Assembly: GCA_049968235.1 (NCBI GenBank) | Contig: JBMFRC010000002.1 | Coordinates: 1 to 64,000 of the forward strand | Direction of reading: 5' to 3' | Length of the DNA stretch: 64,000 nucleotides | Origin: Candidatus Hydrogenedens sp. | Lineage (GTDB): Bacteria; Hydrogenedentota; Hydrogenedentia; Hydrogenedentales; Hydrogenedentaceae | In this document: positions 8,840-18,859 of the stretch, one piece after another | Numbering within the stretch: the stretch's first letter is position 1 | Layout of the letters: each line of letters starts with the position of its first letter | Position numbers and translations under genes: made by a program | The notes under the pieces: generated by a model | Database searches by the model: none | Told to the model about the DNA's origin: nothing | The model's input: the letters and a program-made list of their open reading frames with translations, nothing else

Positions 8840-10453
8840 TCAATTTAATTTTTCTTTCCGAAAACGATGAAACACAGTCCATGTTTCCCAAATCAGTAAA
8901 ATAGCGAGGAAAATTAATAACCCTGCAATGATAACTAATATATATTGATGACTACGGAAATTGCTTATCATGAAGAGTATTAGAGCTGAAATGGTAGTGA
9001 TAAGCATAAAAATCATAGGAATCTGAACAAAGTGATATTTTTTCCCCAAGCCTCTTGCAACCCAAACCATAATTCCGAGTAAAGCAATACCAGCGACCAA
9101 TTGATTGGACGCTCCAAAAATAGGCCAGATGATTTTCCATGCGGGCGTATCCCCCGTGCGAATAAAAAGCAATAACATTGCAGTAATAACACTAATTATT
9201 GTTGCTGAAAAACGGTCTAATTTCATTTTACTGAGTTCTTGCAATTGATAGCGTGCTAATCGAGTAGATGTATCCAATGTCGTCAATATAAAGGAATTAA
9301 CTGCCAGCATACCTAACGATTTTCCCAAATCCGGGTTAATGTGGATAATTCCTGCAAACTTTGCGAAACCTTCTCCAAAAACAGCGAGAGGTCCCCCTTT
9401 TTCAGGGATTTTCCCAACCAACATAATACAACCCAATGCAATAATTGCCACGAAACCTTCTAACAACATAGCCCCATAACCCACAGGTTTTGCATCGGTC
9501 TCACATCTTATTTGTTTTGAGGTAGTTCCACTTGCAACCATACAGTGGAAACCGGATACCGCACCACAAGCAACCGTAACAAATAACATAGGCCAGAGAT
9601 AAGTATTTTTATCAGGAACAAATGATTTAAATACAGGTAGAGAAATGTCAAATGAATTTCCCCCTAAAAATATTCCGATACTGGCAATTAATACAGCAAA
9701 ATATAGCAAGTAAGAAGCAAGGTAATCCCGTGGTTGAAGTAATAGCCATACAGGCAAAACGGAAGCAAAAAAGATATAAACAATTAGTAACCAGCGCCAT
9801 GTTTCCATTGATAATATAAAATTTTCTTGAATAAAATTCATCTTACCTATCCATACAGATACTAAAACAAGAGGAATAGCAACGATAGAGCCATATAAAA
9901 GTGGAATACGAAACCGATAAATCATTATCCCAAAAATAAGGGCTAAGAAAATATATAATGTTGCAGAAAAGGCAACCGCAGTGTCCTGAACAAAGCTATC
10001 TGCAGATAATTGTAAGAACACAGCAATTACCAAAACCAAAGCAAGCCATGTGAAACATAAGAACAAAATTTTTGCCTTTCGGCTCACCCATTGGTCTATC
10101 ACCTCTCCCATAGATAAACCTTTGTGTCTCATAGATGCTACCAACGACCCGAAATCATGAACACCTCCAATAAAAATGGAACCCAACACTACCCATAAAT
10201 AAACTGGAAGCCACCCAAACCAACCTCCCGCAGTAATAGGACCCACTATAGGACCTGCACCGGCAATAGATGCAAAATGATGTCCTAATAAAACAGATGG
10301 GTGTGCGGGACAATAATCAATCCCATCATATTGTTCTTCCGACGGAGTTTTCCGGTCATTTCTTAAATCGAACAGGCGTACTAAAAAATTTCCGTATGTA
10401 AAATAAGCACCGACAAAAAGAACGATTCCAAGAATTGTTAAAAGCAAAATCAC
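8840..10453 (-). CDS. cstA: Carbon starvation protein A family transporter
   Basis: The CstA signature GHHFASIAGAGPIVGP is present with many TM helices. The probable GTG start at 10451-10453 has GGAGGG 8 nt upstream; the track start at 10459 is TTG. Confidence 0.8.
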   Translation of the reverse strand: MILLLTILGIVLFVGAYFTYGNFLVRLFDLRNDRKTPSEEQYDGIDYCPAHPSVLLGHHFASIAGAGPIVGPITAGGWFGWLPVYLWVVLGSIFIGGVHDFGSLVASMRHKGLSMGEVIDQWVSRKAKILFLCFTWLALVLVIAVFLQLSADSFVQDTAVAFSATLYIFLALIFGIMIYRFRIPLLYGSIVAIPLVLVSVWIGKMNFIQENFILSMETWRWLLIVYIFFASVLPVWLLLQPRDYLASYLLYFAVLIASIGIFLGGNSFDISLPVFKSFVPDKNTYLWPMLFVTVACGAVSGFHCMVASGTTSKQIRCETDAKPVGYGAMLLEGFVAIIALGCIMLVGKIPEKGGPLAVFGEGFAKFAGIIHINPDLGKSLGMLAVNSFILTTLDTSTRLARYQLQELSKMKLDRFSATIISVITAMLLLFIRTGDTPAWKIIWPIFGASNQLVAGIALLGIMVWVARGLGKKYHFVQIPMIFMLITTISALILFMISNFRSHQYILVIIAGLLIFLAILLIWETWTVFHRFRKEKLN

Positions 10454-10481
10454 AATCAAACCCTCCTAATTTACATTTTAC

Positions 10482-10509
10482 AAATTATATCACATAAATT
10501 ATATCACAT
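10482..10509. repeat. Perfect tandem direct repeat 2 x AAATTATATCACAT in the divergent promoter region
   Basis: Copies at 10482-10495 and 10496-10509 are identical. They lie 29-56 nt upstream of the cstA start and about 90 nt upstream of the carbonic anhydrase start. Confidence 0.8.
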
Positions 10510-10599
10510 AAAAAAGTCAAACTATCATAGGGAAAATTTATGGAATATTTTTTGTTTACTTTATGTATACAATTAAAAAATTATATAAGGAGATAAACA

Positions 10600-11175
10600 A
10601 TGAGCCATAGATTAAACGAAGTTCTTTCTGCCAATAAGAATTATGCCCAACATTTTGATAAAGGTTCTCTACAGATACCCCCAGCAAGACAATTTGCAAT
10701 ATTAACATGTATGGATGCAAGACTTGACCCTGCTAAATTTGCAGGATTATCAGAAGGAGATGCCCATGTCATTCGCAATGCTGGAGGGAGAGCAAGCGAT
10801 GATGCCATCCGCTCATTAGTTATATCCCATAAACTTCTGGGAACAAAGGAATGGTTTGTAATTCATCATACCGATTGCGGAATGCAACTGTTTACAAATG
10901 AAATCATGCATGCATTATTATCGGAAAGCCTTGAAACAGCGGTTTTTGATGGGAAGCAATGGAAAAATCCCGTAAAAGGGAATGGGTCTTCATTTGGACA
11001 ATATATAAATTGGCTTACATTCACAAATCTCGAACAGAGTGTAATTGATGATGTTGAAAGGATAAAAAAACATCCATTGGTCCCAAAAACGGTTCCCATT
11101 TATGGTTATATTTATGATGTCCACTCTGGAAAACTGATTGAAGTACCTAAAGCCACTGAAATTGGGGCGTTATAA
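10600..11175 (+). CDS. Beta-class carbonic anhydrase
   Basis: CMDARLD and HHTDCGM zinc-ligand motifs. AAGGAG lies 7 nt upstream. Confidence 0.8.
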   Translation: MSHRLNEVLSANKNYAQHFDKGSLQIPPARQFAILTCMDARLDPAKFAGLSEGDAHVIRNAGGRASDDAIRSLVISHKLLGTKEWFVIHHTDCGMQLFTNEIMHALLSESLETAVFDGKQWKNPVKGNGSSFGQYINWLTFTNLEQSVIDDVERIKKHPLVPKTVPIYGYIYDVHSGKLIEVPKATEIGAL

Positions 11176-11268
11176 AAATTGTTTTAAAGATTTCGTTTTT
11201 AATCATTATCCCTTCTGGCTTACAATATAAGTTTACTCTTTATTCAATATAAGTCATAAGGGAATATT

Positions 11269-11859
11269 ATGGAACTTGAGATTAATATTAATGATATAAC
11301 AATTTCTGGCAAATCATCTGCATTTATTATTGTGGACATGCAAAATGATTTTGTCCATCCAAATGGAAAATTGTTCTCCTCCAATGCACAAAAGATTATT
11401 CTGCCAATTAAATTATTAATAGACAAAGCAAGACAATCAAATGTAAAGATAATTTACACACAGGACACACATTTTCACGATGACCCCGTAGAATTTCCTA
11501 TCTGGGGGGAACATGTAATTAAAGGGAGTTGGGGATGGCAAATCATTGATGAACTAAAACCACAAACCCATGATATTGTCATAGAAAAACTTCGCTATGA
11601 TGCATTTTTTGGAACACCTCTGGAACATATCTTGAAAATTTATAGAATTGAAACTGTGATTGTTGCTGGGACCGTTGCGAATATTTGTGTCTTACATACC
11701 GTTTCATCTGCACGACTACACAATTACAATGTAATCGTTCCAGTAGATTCTATCTCTGCCCTAACTGAATTTGATTATTCCCTTACTCTTCGACAAATGG
11801 ATTTCCTTTATAAGGTAAAGTTTACAAATGCAGAACTCATTCAATTTCAAAGTAATTAA
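11269..11859 (+). CDS. Isochorismatase-family cysteine hydrolase
   Basis: IIVDMQNDF at the N-terminus, and VAGTVANICV carries the catalytic Cys context. Confidence 0.7.
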   Translation: MELEININDITISGKSSAFIIVDMQNDFVHPNGKLFSSNAQKIILPIKLLIDKARQSNVKIIYTQDTHFHDDPVEFPIWGEHVIKGSWGWQIIDELKPQTHDIVIEKLRYDAFFGTPLEHILKIYRIETVIVAGTVANICVLHTVSSARLHNYNVIVPVDSISALTEFDYSLTLRQMDFLYKVKFTNAELIQFQSN

Positions 11860-11953
11860 AATATTACCCATTTCCCCAATAAAGAAATATTAAGTCTTTT
11901 GCTTTATTTTGTTATAATTTGGTCATAACATTACAAAAAAAGTACCCTTTTAT

Positions 11954-12952
11954 ATGGATATAAAAAATAAATTACAACAGATATTTATATCATTTCTTTT
12001 ATTTTTTGTTTTGGGCTGTAGTCAACTTACAATCACCCCGAAAACAATTCACTTCGACCCTGAGGAAAATCTCAAAACTTTTGAAATTATTCATCGCGGG
12101 AATTCAGATGCTAAAATTGCAATAACTATTACTCCATCTAAACCCTGGTTGGAAGTTACACCGAATGAAGCCATTCTCGGGAAAAACGACAAAATATCTA
12201 TACAAGTATATCTAAACCGTCTTTACTCTTATACAGAAAAAGTATATCCCGAATATGCAACTGCAAATATTAATATAAAAAGTTTCTTTGAAACTTATTC
12301 TATACCTATTACAACTGCTCCGAACTATTTTACGGAGATATTTGATAAAAATATTGACCTTGCATATAAATCTTTGTCCTTTATGCCAGATAATAGCCTG
12401 AACTTTTATAAACTTACATCAAATCATATAAATGATTTTTCAACAAAGCCTGATGAAAAAACCATAATTAATTTTTCATTGTTCAAAAATGTATATACAC
12501 TCCAAATTGCTGATGAAAAAAAAATACTTTTTTATGGGCAAAGTTATAATACTCTTTATATCTCATATCTCGGCTGGATAGAGTTTCAAAATTCTGCATC
12601 ATCATCCAGAACAAAAAGTGAAAAAGGTACAACGGAAATAGAACGACACTTTCGCTCTCCCCGCATTTCTATTTTTCCAATAAATAATATAAATAATGCA
12701 GGGACTATATCCTATGCACAATTACAAAACAGGATAGTTATTATTTATGAAAATGTTCCTACTTATCAGAACGAGAATAGGGAAGCAAAGAATACTTTTC
12801 AAATAGAATTTTATTTCACTGGCAAAATAAATATTAACTACTTAAATGTAGATACAAATGCAACAGGAGTTATTGGGCTTTCTTACGGTACAGGAGATTA
12901 TATTACTCCACCGGGCTTTTTACCGAGCGATTTAGTTTCCTTATCTCATTAA
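11954..12952 (+). CDS. Lipoprotein of unknown function
   Basis: Signal peptide with VLGCS lipobox. The beta-rich N-domain resembles that of the lipoprotein at 1-639. Confidence 0.4.
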   Translation: MDIKNKLQQIFISFLLFFVLGCSQLTITPKTIHFDPEENLKTFEIIHRGNSDAKIAITITPSKPWLEVTPNEAILGKNDKISIQVYLNRLYSYTEKVYPEYATANINIKSFFETYSIPITTAPNYFTEIFDKNIDLAYKSLSFMPDNSLNFYKLTSNHINDFSTKPDEKTIINFSLFKNVYTLQIADEKKILFYGQSYNTLYISYLGWIEFQNSASSSRTKSEKGTTEIERHFRSPRISIFPINNINNAGTISYAQLQNRIVIIYENVPTYQNENREAKNTFQIEFYFTGKININYLNVDTNATGVIGLSYGTGDYITPPGFLPSDLVSLSH

Positions 12953-12984
12953 TTTATTCTCTATGGCTTAGAAAGGAAATCCAT

Positions 12985-15501
12985 TTGCAAAAGATACACA
13001 AAAGAAATATACCATGGATTTTATTGTTTATATTATGCTTAGGAATTTGTCTTCGTATTTTATATCTAAAAGAAATTAGTAAAGAACCCTGGTTTACAAA
13101 TCCACTCTATGACCCCCAATATAATGATTACTGGGCAAAAGGTATTGCCACAGGAGATTGGACACTTCCTCCTTATGTAAATGACCCTGAAATTCGAACT
13201 ACTCCTCATGGTAGGCCTCCAGGGTATCCTTATTTACTTTCTTTAATATATCTCATTTTTGGTAGAAATCAATGGGCACCCAGAATAATTCAATACCTAT
13301 TTGGCATTTTAAATGTTATCCTTGCATGGTATTTATCTCAAAAGTATTATAGTTTACGTTTTGCCAATTTGCTTGCTCTTTTCATGGCAACTTTCTGGGG
13401 ATTTATCTATTTTGAATCCCAACTAACTTATCCTGTATTTGCAATAACGCTACTTCTCCTATGGTTCTTTCTAATACTTCAATGGAAAGAAAAAAATAAT
13501 AAAAAACTTTATCCCTTTCTATTAGGATTTGTCCTGGGAATATTTGCTCTCTTTCGACCCAATGGATTACTTTTACTTATTTTGTTCCCATTCCTATTTT
13601 TTTTATTTGTTCCTACAAAGCCATCTTTTTCCCGTTTGTTTATTCTGTTCTTTTTATTCTTATTCGGGATAACTATTCCTATAATCCCCTGTTTTATCCG
13701 AAATTATTTCGTCGCTCATGATTTTGTATTTATATCTTCTTATGGGGGACTAAATTTCTATGTTGGAAATCATCCGAAATCAAATGGAGCAGAACCTCGA
13801 ATACCGGAACTGAAAGAATGGATTGGATGCGATGAATGGTCCTGCTTCGATTATCCTGCAATTGTTAGAGGATTAGGGAAAAGTTTAGGAAAATCTGCAT
13901 TTTCTTTTTCCGAAGCCAATAAGTATTTTTACAAATCCGCATTTAACAACATTCGAAATTATCCCAATGAATGGCTATCATTAATCCTAAAAAAATTTCT
14001 TTTATTTTGGGGTCCTGCGGAAATCACAAATGATACTGTCCCTGCATGGGATAAATACTATTCAAAAATTTTAAAACCCCTTCCGGGCTTTTCTATATAT
14101 TTTGCATTATTTATTACAGGAATAATTACTGGATTATCCTCCTTCTTTCAAAAATCCAAAGAAGAGAATTATCTTAAAAAGTTGTTTGTTTTAATACCTT
14201 TATTAATTGTAATCATTTATTTCTTTTCGGTGCTTCCCTATTTTGTTGCCAGTAGATACCGTATTCCAATAATGCCTTTTATTATGATTTTGGGGGTTTA
14301 TTCTATCGATGAATTTATAAATGCTATACAAAAAAACAAAAAAACAAAAATCTTTCTTATTATTGCTTTGTTCTTTGTTGCCTTTTTTATAGGCAGTAAA
14401 AATCTAACAGGTTATCAGCCATCTCAATCCATATGGTTTTTCCGGAACGGTGTCTCAGCCTCATTAGAAGGAGACGAGACAAAAGCAAAGTTTTACTATA
14501 AAAAAGCATTAGAACTTGACCCCAATAATCTTTTTGCGCGTATAAACTATTCTCAGGTATTAGGAAGAATGGGCAGACCTTCTGAAGGCATTTATATTCT
14601 GACAAGAAACTTCTCTCTGTCTCTTTCTTCACCATCCGAACTTAATGCATTAGGTTATTTATTTGAAATAATAGGAGACTATGAGAAAGCACAATATTTT
14701 TATTCTCGTGCTATTGTAAGTAACCCTTCTTTTACTCTGGCTCACGCAAATATCGCTAACCTTTTTTTCAATCAACATCGTTTCGTCGAAGCAAAATGTC
14801 ATTACGAGATAGTTTCATCACTTCAGCCCAGTAATCCCATTTCTTATTTTCAGTTAGCACGAATCGCCGAGTTTGATAGAAAATATACAGAGGCTATTCT
14901 TTTTTATGAAAAATCTTTAAAACTAAATCCCCAATTCTATATTGCATGGAATAATCTTGGTTGGATTTATGAACAAATAGGAAATAAAAGGGGAGCAGAA
15001 CAAGCATATAAGAAATGTATTCAAATAAAACCGGACTATATCCTTGCCAGAATTAATTATGCTAATCTTCTTATCCAATCCGAACATTTCTCCGATGCCC
15101 AAAAACAGATTGATACCGTTTTAAAATATGCCCCCACAAATTGCCAGGCTTATTTGCTCCTCGGGAATATTTACATTAACCAATATGAATTGATTAAGGC
15201 AGTTATAGCCTTCCAAAAATCTCTGGAACTATGTCCCGATAATGCAAATGCATGGAATAACCTCGGATTAGCCTTATCTCTCTCAGGACAGGAAGAACAA
15301 GCCTGCGAAATGTGGCAAAAGGCCTTAGAGTACAACGATACATTGGTAGAAACTTATATAAATCTTATTATCTTTTATGAGAAACAAGGGAAAATTGAAA
15401 AGGCTCTTTCTATCTTAAAAAAAGCGATGGAAAAAATCCCTGATAATGAAGAGATAAGTTCCATATACAAACGATTGACTCAAATAAAACAGGTTTTATG
15501 A
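12985..15501 (+). CDS. GT39/ArnT-like polytopic membrane glycosyltransferase fused to C-terminal TPR repeats
   Basis: About 11 TM helices with RPPGYPYLL and other PMT_2-like features. The C-terminal 330 aa contain at least six TPR units (AWNNLGWIYEQIGN...). TTG start with AAAGGA upstream. Confidence 0.5.
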   Translation: MQKIHKRNIPWILLFILCLGICLRILYLKEISKEPWFTNPLYDPQYNDYWAKGIATGDWTLPPYVNDPEIRTTPHGRPPGYPYLLSLIYLIFGRNQWAPRIIQYLFGILNVILAWYLSQKYYSLRFANLLALFMATFWGFIYFESQLTYPVFAITLLLLWFFLILQWKEKNNKKLYPFLLGFVLGIFALFRPNGLLLLILFPFLFFLFVPTKPSFSRLFILFFLFLFGITIPIIPCFIRNYFVAHDFVFISSYGGLNFYVGNHPKSNGAEPRIPELKEWIGCDEWSCFDYPAIVRGLGKSLGKSAFSFSEANKYFYKSAFNNIRNYPNEWLSLILKKFLLFWGPAEITNDTVPAWDKYYSKILKPLPGFSIYFALFITGIITGLSSFFQKSKEENYLKKLFVLIPLLIVIIYFFSVLPYFVASRYRIPIMPFIMILGVYSIDEFINAIQKNKKTKIFLIIALFFVAFFIGSKNLTGYQPSQSIWFFRNGVSASLEGDETKAKFYYKKALELDPNNLFARINYSQVLGRMGRPSEGIYILTRNFSLSLSSPSELNALGYLFEIIGDYEKAQYFYSRAIVSNPSFTLAHANIANLFFNQHRFVEAKCHYEIVSSLQPSNPISYFQLARIAEFDRKYTEAILFYEKSLKLNPQFYIAWNNLGWIYEQIGNKRGAEQAYKKCIQIKPDYILARINYANLLIQSEHFSDAQKQIDTVLKYAPTNCQAYLLLGNIYINQYELIKAVIAFQKSLELCPDNANAWNNLGLALSLSGQEEQACEMWQKALEYNDTLVETYINLIIFYEKQGKIEKALSILKKAMEKIPDNEEISSIYKRLTQIKQVL

Positions 15502-15569
15502 AAATGATTTCGTTAAATTTATATAATTTTATAATTTAGTATAGAAAATAACCATAAGGAGTGGTAACA

Positions 15570-17774
15570 ATGTCTATAAAACTTCATCAGGAAAATAGGC
15601 TATGGGCATTTGATGCTCTAAAAGCATTAGAACAATTTATTTCTGACCCTGAATTTGAGGGAGATAAAGAGTTAGAAAAAACGCGTATTGAAGGCAAAAA
15701 AAGAGAACTCAAAGATGGTAAATATCGTGTTGTTTTCTTAGGAGAATTTAATGTTGGTAAAACAACATTAATCAATACCTTTTTCGGGGCTACTTACCTT
15801 CCCATGGTATTGGAAGAATGCACTGCTAAAGTAACTTATGTTATGGTGGGTGAAAACATGCAGGTTGTTCTGAGGGCTCAACAACCCATACCGGTGGAAG
15901 TTGTTCAGGTATTGAGAGATTTCCTCTCCTATTCAGGGATAGAAGCAGAGGTTCATCCGGATGAAACTTTTAACAACTGGGTCGTGGATTACAAATCAAA
16001 TTATCCTGAAGATATGTATAGAACGCTTAGTGCTATCGTTACACTAACGGCTGATGAAGAATTTCCCAAACTCAAAGTGCTACGGGAAAAAATTGAAGAA
16101 GTTATCGCCATCATTCCAGAAACAAGTGTTGAAGAAGATATTGCCCTCGTGGACTCTCCCGGTGTCCATAGTATTACAGAAACCCATAAAAAAGTAACCG
16201 AAGATATTATTCCTAACTGTCATCTTGTCGTTTGCTTACTCGATAGTCAAAGTGCCGGCAATGAACATAATCGTGATTTTATTGCAAAATTAGTAAAAGA
16301 ACGGCAACGCAAGGTGTTTTTTGTTATTAATAAATCCGACCAGTTAAATCCAGAAGAAATAGATACGCAAGGGAGAAGAGGACCTGCTAAAGATTTGCTC
16401 CGTTGTCTTGAAGGAACTGTTCAAAATCCGGAAATATTTTTTGTATCTGCCTTATATGCGCTATATGCATCCCAATTATTACGGGGTAGTATTACATTAA
16501 GCGATATTGATAAAAACGAAAAAATCCACATTCCCTACAACATAAGAAACCAATTGGAGCAAGCACCCAATCCGGGAGAAGAAATTGCTAATTATCTTAT
16601 GAACCGAAGTTCTTTCCTTCAATTCAAAAACAGACTGCTGGATTATTTATACACGGAAAATCGTGAAGGTGCGGTATTAACATCGGTCTGCAGATTCATC
16701 CGCGATTTTGCATATCGTTATGCAAAACCTCTCGAAGTGAAAATACAACTTGCTCAACAAAACCCTCGTTTGGAGCGAATTCGAAAAGAACGGAAGAGAC
16801 TTTATCAGGAAATACAAAATAATTCTAAGTTTATGGAAGAACTTATCAGGCAATTAAACACTCTTTCTGAGGGTGGAAAGATGAATGATGAAAAATATGA
16901 AGGAGAAGAACATTTAATAAATCGATTATTCTCGCGTCAGACTATCGAAAATGAAATTTTCAAACCTATTCGTCAATGGTTATGCACCGGAGATAATCTT
17001 ACCAAAGCCCGAAAAAACAAATATATTCCTCTCCAGGAAAAATTAGGAGAAATATTAGACAAGTACTTAAATTCTGCGTCTGCCGAATTAAACCAGTACA
17101 TAGAACAACATGAAAACTTTATAAAAAATCAGATTCGGGAGAATGGATATAATTTCCAGCATTTCACTTTACCTAAAATCAATCTTGAACGGGGTGCCAT
17201 TGTTGCGATAGACGCCAGTCTTGCACTTTCATATTTTCTATTTTTCATCGGAGGTATTTTGTTAGGTGGGGTTACAGGAGCCATTATAGGAGAAGGGTTC
17301 TTAAGTCAATTTTCCTGGCCTGATTATTTAGGTATCGCATTACCAATTATCCCACATATATCCGCATATATTTTAGGAGGAATAGGCGGAATTTTTGGGG
17401 GAATTTTAGGACTGATTGCTCGTTCTATGGGGGGAGATGAAATCCGTAGAGAAAAACTTATTGAAAAAATAAGTACTTATATTGAAAAAACATTAATACA
17501 GGGATTGAAGGAAAAAACAAATACCGAAATTAAAATGCGTAAAGAGCAGATTATCTCTGAGATTCAAACCTATTTTGATGATTTGAATATGCAATTAAAT
17601 AACCAGATTCGGAAATTAGCAGAAGAAGAAGACCGCTTACAAAAAGCCCAACAGGAACTTATACAACGGCTTCAAGGCAAAGTGGATAAACTTAATGAGA
17701 TAGCCAATCATGCCCATGAAATTATAGAAACTGCTTTCAAAACCAATTTGACAAATACAAATAAAAATGTATAA
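15570..17774 (+). CDS. Bacterial dynamin-like GTPase with predicted membrane paddle
   Basis: G1 GEFNVGKTT, G3 DSPG and G4 NKSD are present. They are followed by long helical regions and a Gly-rich hydrophobic hairpin (FLFFIGGILLGGVTGAIIG...ILGGIGGIFGGILGLIA). ATG 15570 with AAGGAG 9 nt upstream; the track start 15561 is GTG. Confidence 0.65.
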   Translation: MSIKLHQENRLWAFDALKALEQFISDPEFEGDKELEKTRIEGKKRELKDGKYRVVFLGEFNVGKTTLINTFFGATYLPMVLEECTAKVTYVMVGENMQVVLRAQQPIPVEVVQVLRDFLSYSGIEAEVHPDETFNNWVVDYKSNYPEDMYRTLSAIVTLTADEEFPKLKVLREKIEEVIAIIPETSVEEDIALVDSPGVHSITETHKKVTEDIIPNCHLVVCLLDSQSAGNEHNRDFIAKLVKERQRKVFFVINKSDQLNPEEIDTQGRRGPAKDLLRCLEGTVQNPEIFFVSALYALYASQLLRGSITLSDIDKNEKIHIPYNIRNQLEQAPNPGEEIANYLMNRSSFLQFKNRLLDYLYTENREGAVLTSVCRFIRDFAYRYAKPLEVKIQLAQQNPRLERIRKERKRLYQEIQNNSKFMEELIRQLNTLSEGGKMNDEKYEGEEHLINRLFSRQTIENEIFKPIRQWLCTGDNLTKARKNKYIPLQEKLGEILDKYLNSASAELNQYIEQHENFIKNQIRENGYNFQHFTLPKINLERGAIVAIDASLALSYFLFFIGGILLGGVTGAIIGEGFLSQFSWPDYLGIALPIIPHISAYILGGIGGIFGGILGLIARSMGGDEIRREKLIEKISTYIEKTLIQGLKEKTNTEIKMRKEQIISEIQTYFDDLNMQLNNQIRKLAEEEDRLQKAQQELIQRLQGKVDKLNEIANHAHEIIETAFKTNLTNTNKNV

Positions 17775-17814
17775 TTATAAAAATATTTAAACAACCCGTA
17801 AAAAAGCTATACTC

Positions 17815-18816
17815 ATGGAATATGTGCTATTAGGTTCATCTAATTTAAGGGTCTCTGTTATTGCCTTTGGAGCATGGCAAATAGGAGACTCTTCTTTCTG
17901 GGGGAAAAGTGATGAAAAAGAGGTTAAAGAAGTCGTCGATTATGCAATAGATATCGGTGTAAATTTATTTGATACTGCAGAAATGTATGGTTCAGGAGAA
18001 TCGGAAACGCAGTTAGGACGAATGATTGATAAAGGGAAACGCTCAAAAATAATTATCGCCACAAAGGTAAGCCCTCAAAACTGTCATCAAGAGCAATTAA
18101 TTCGTTCGTGTGAAGAAAGTCTAAAAAGACTTAATACCGATTATATTGATTTATATCAAATACATTGGCCACCTAAGGATATTCCTTTTGAAGAAGTCGC
18201 ACTTACTATGAAAAGACTGCAGGAACAGGGGAAAATTCGTTATATTGGAATATCCAATTTTGGAATTCAAAATATGCAAGAATGGTTCTCTAAAGGAGGG
18301 GTAGCCATTTCCAATCAGATTGGATACAACCTTCTATTTCGTTCACCAGAATTTGAAATAATTCCCTTTTGTAGAGAAAATAATATTGGGGTCCTGGTTT
18401 ACATGCCTTTAATGCAGGGATTATTGGCAGGTTGTTGGTCAAATGTAGAAGAAATCCCACTTTTAAGACGACGGACAAGGCACTTCTCAAAAAATCGACC
18501 CGGAACACGACATGGTGAAGAAGGTTGTGAACGATTGACCATTGAAACAGTTCAAGCCATTCATGCCCTTTCACAACATTTAGAAATTCCTATGGCTACA
18601 TTAAGTTTATCATGGCTCAAATGGCAAAAAGGAGTATCCTCCATTATTGTAGGTTGTAGGTCAAAAGCACAGATGGAAAGTAATATAGAAGCACTCTTAA
18701 AACCTCTGGACCCTGAGATACTTTCCCTCCTGAATGAGATTACTTACCCCCTAAAAAGGTATATGGGCAAAAATGCCGATATGTGGGAAAATGAAAAAAA
18801 TGCACGCATCCACTAA
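17815..18816 (+). CDS. Aldo/keto reductase
   Basis: AKR N-terminus LGSSNLRVSVIAFGAWQIG...DTAEMYG and IGISNF. Confidence 0.75.
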   Translation: MEYVLLGSSNLRVSVIAFGAWQIGDSSFWGKSDEKEVKEVVDYAIDIGVNLFDTAEMYGSGESETQLGRMIDKGKRSKIIIATKVSPQNCHQEQLIRSCEESLKRLNTDYIDLYQIHWPPKDIPFEEVALTMKRLQEQGKIRYIGISNFGIQNMQEWFSKGGVAISNQIGYNLLFRSPEFEIIPFCRENNIGVLVYMPLMQGLLAGCWSNVEEIPLLRRRTRHFSKNRPGTRHGEEGCERLTIETVQAIHALSQHLEIPMATLSLSWLKWQKGVSSIIVGCRSKAQMESNIEALLKPLDPEILSLLNEITYPLKRYMGKNADMWENEKNARIH

Positions 18817-18859
18817 CAAATCTTTAATTTTATTTCTACCCTGTAGATAATTTTACGTA

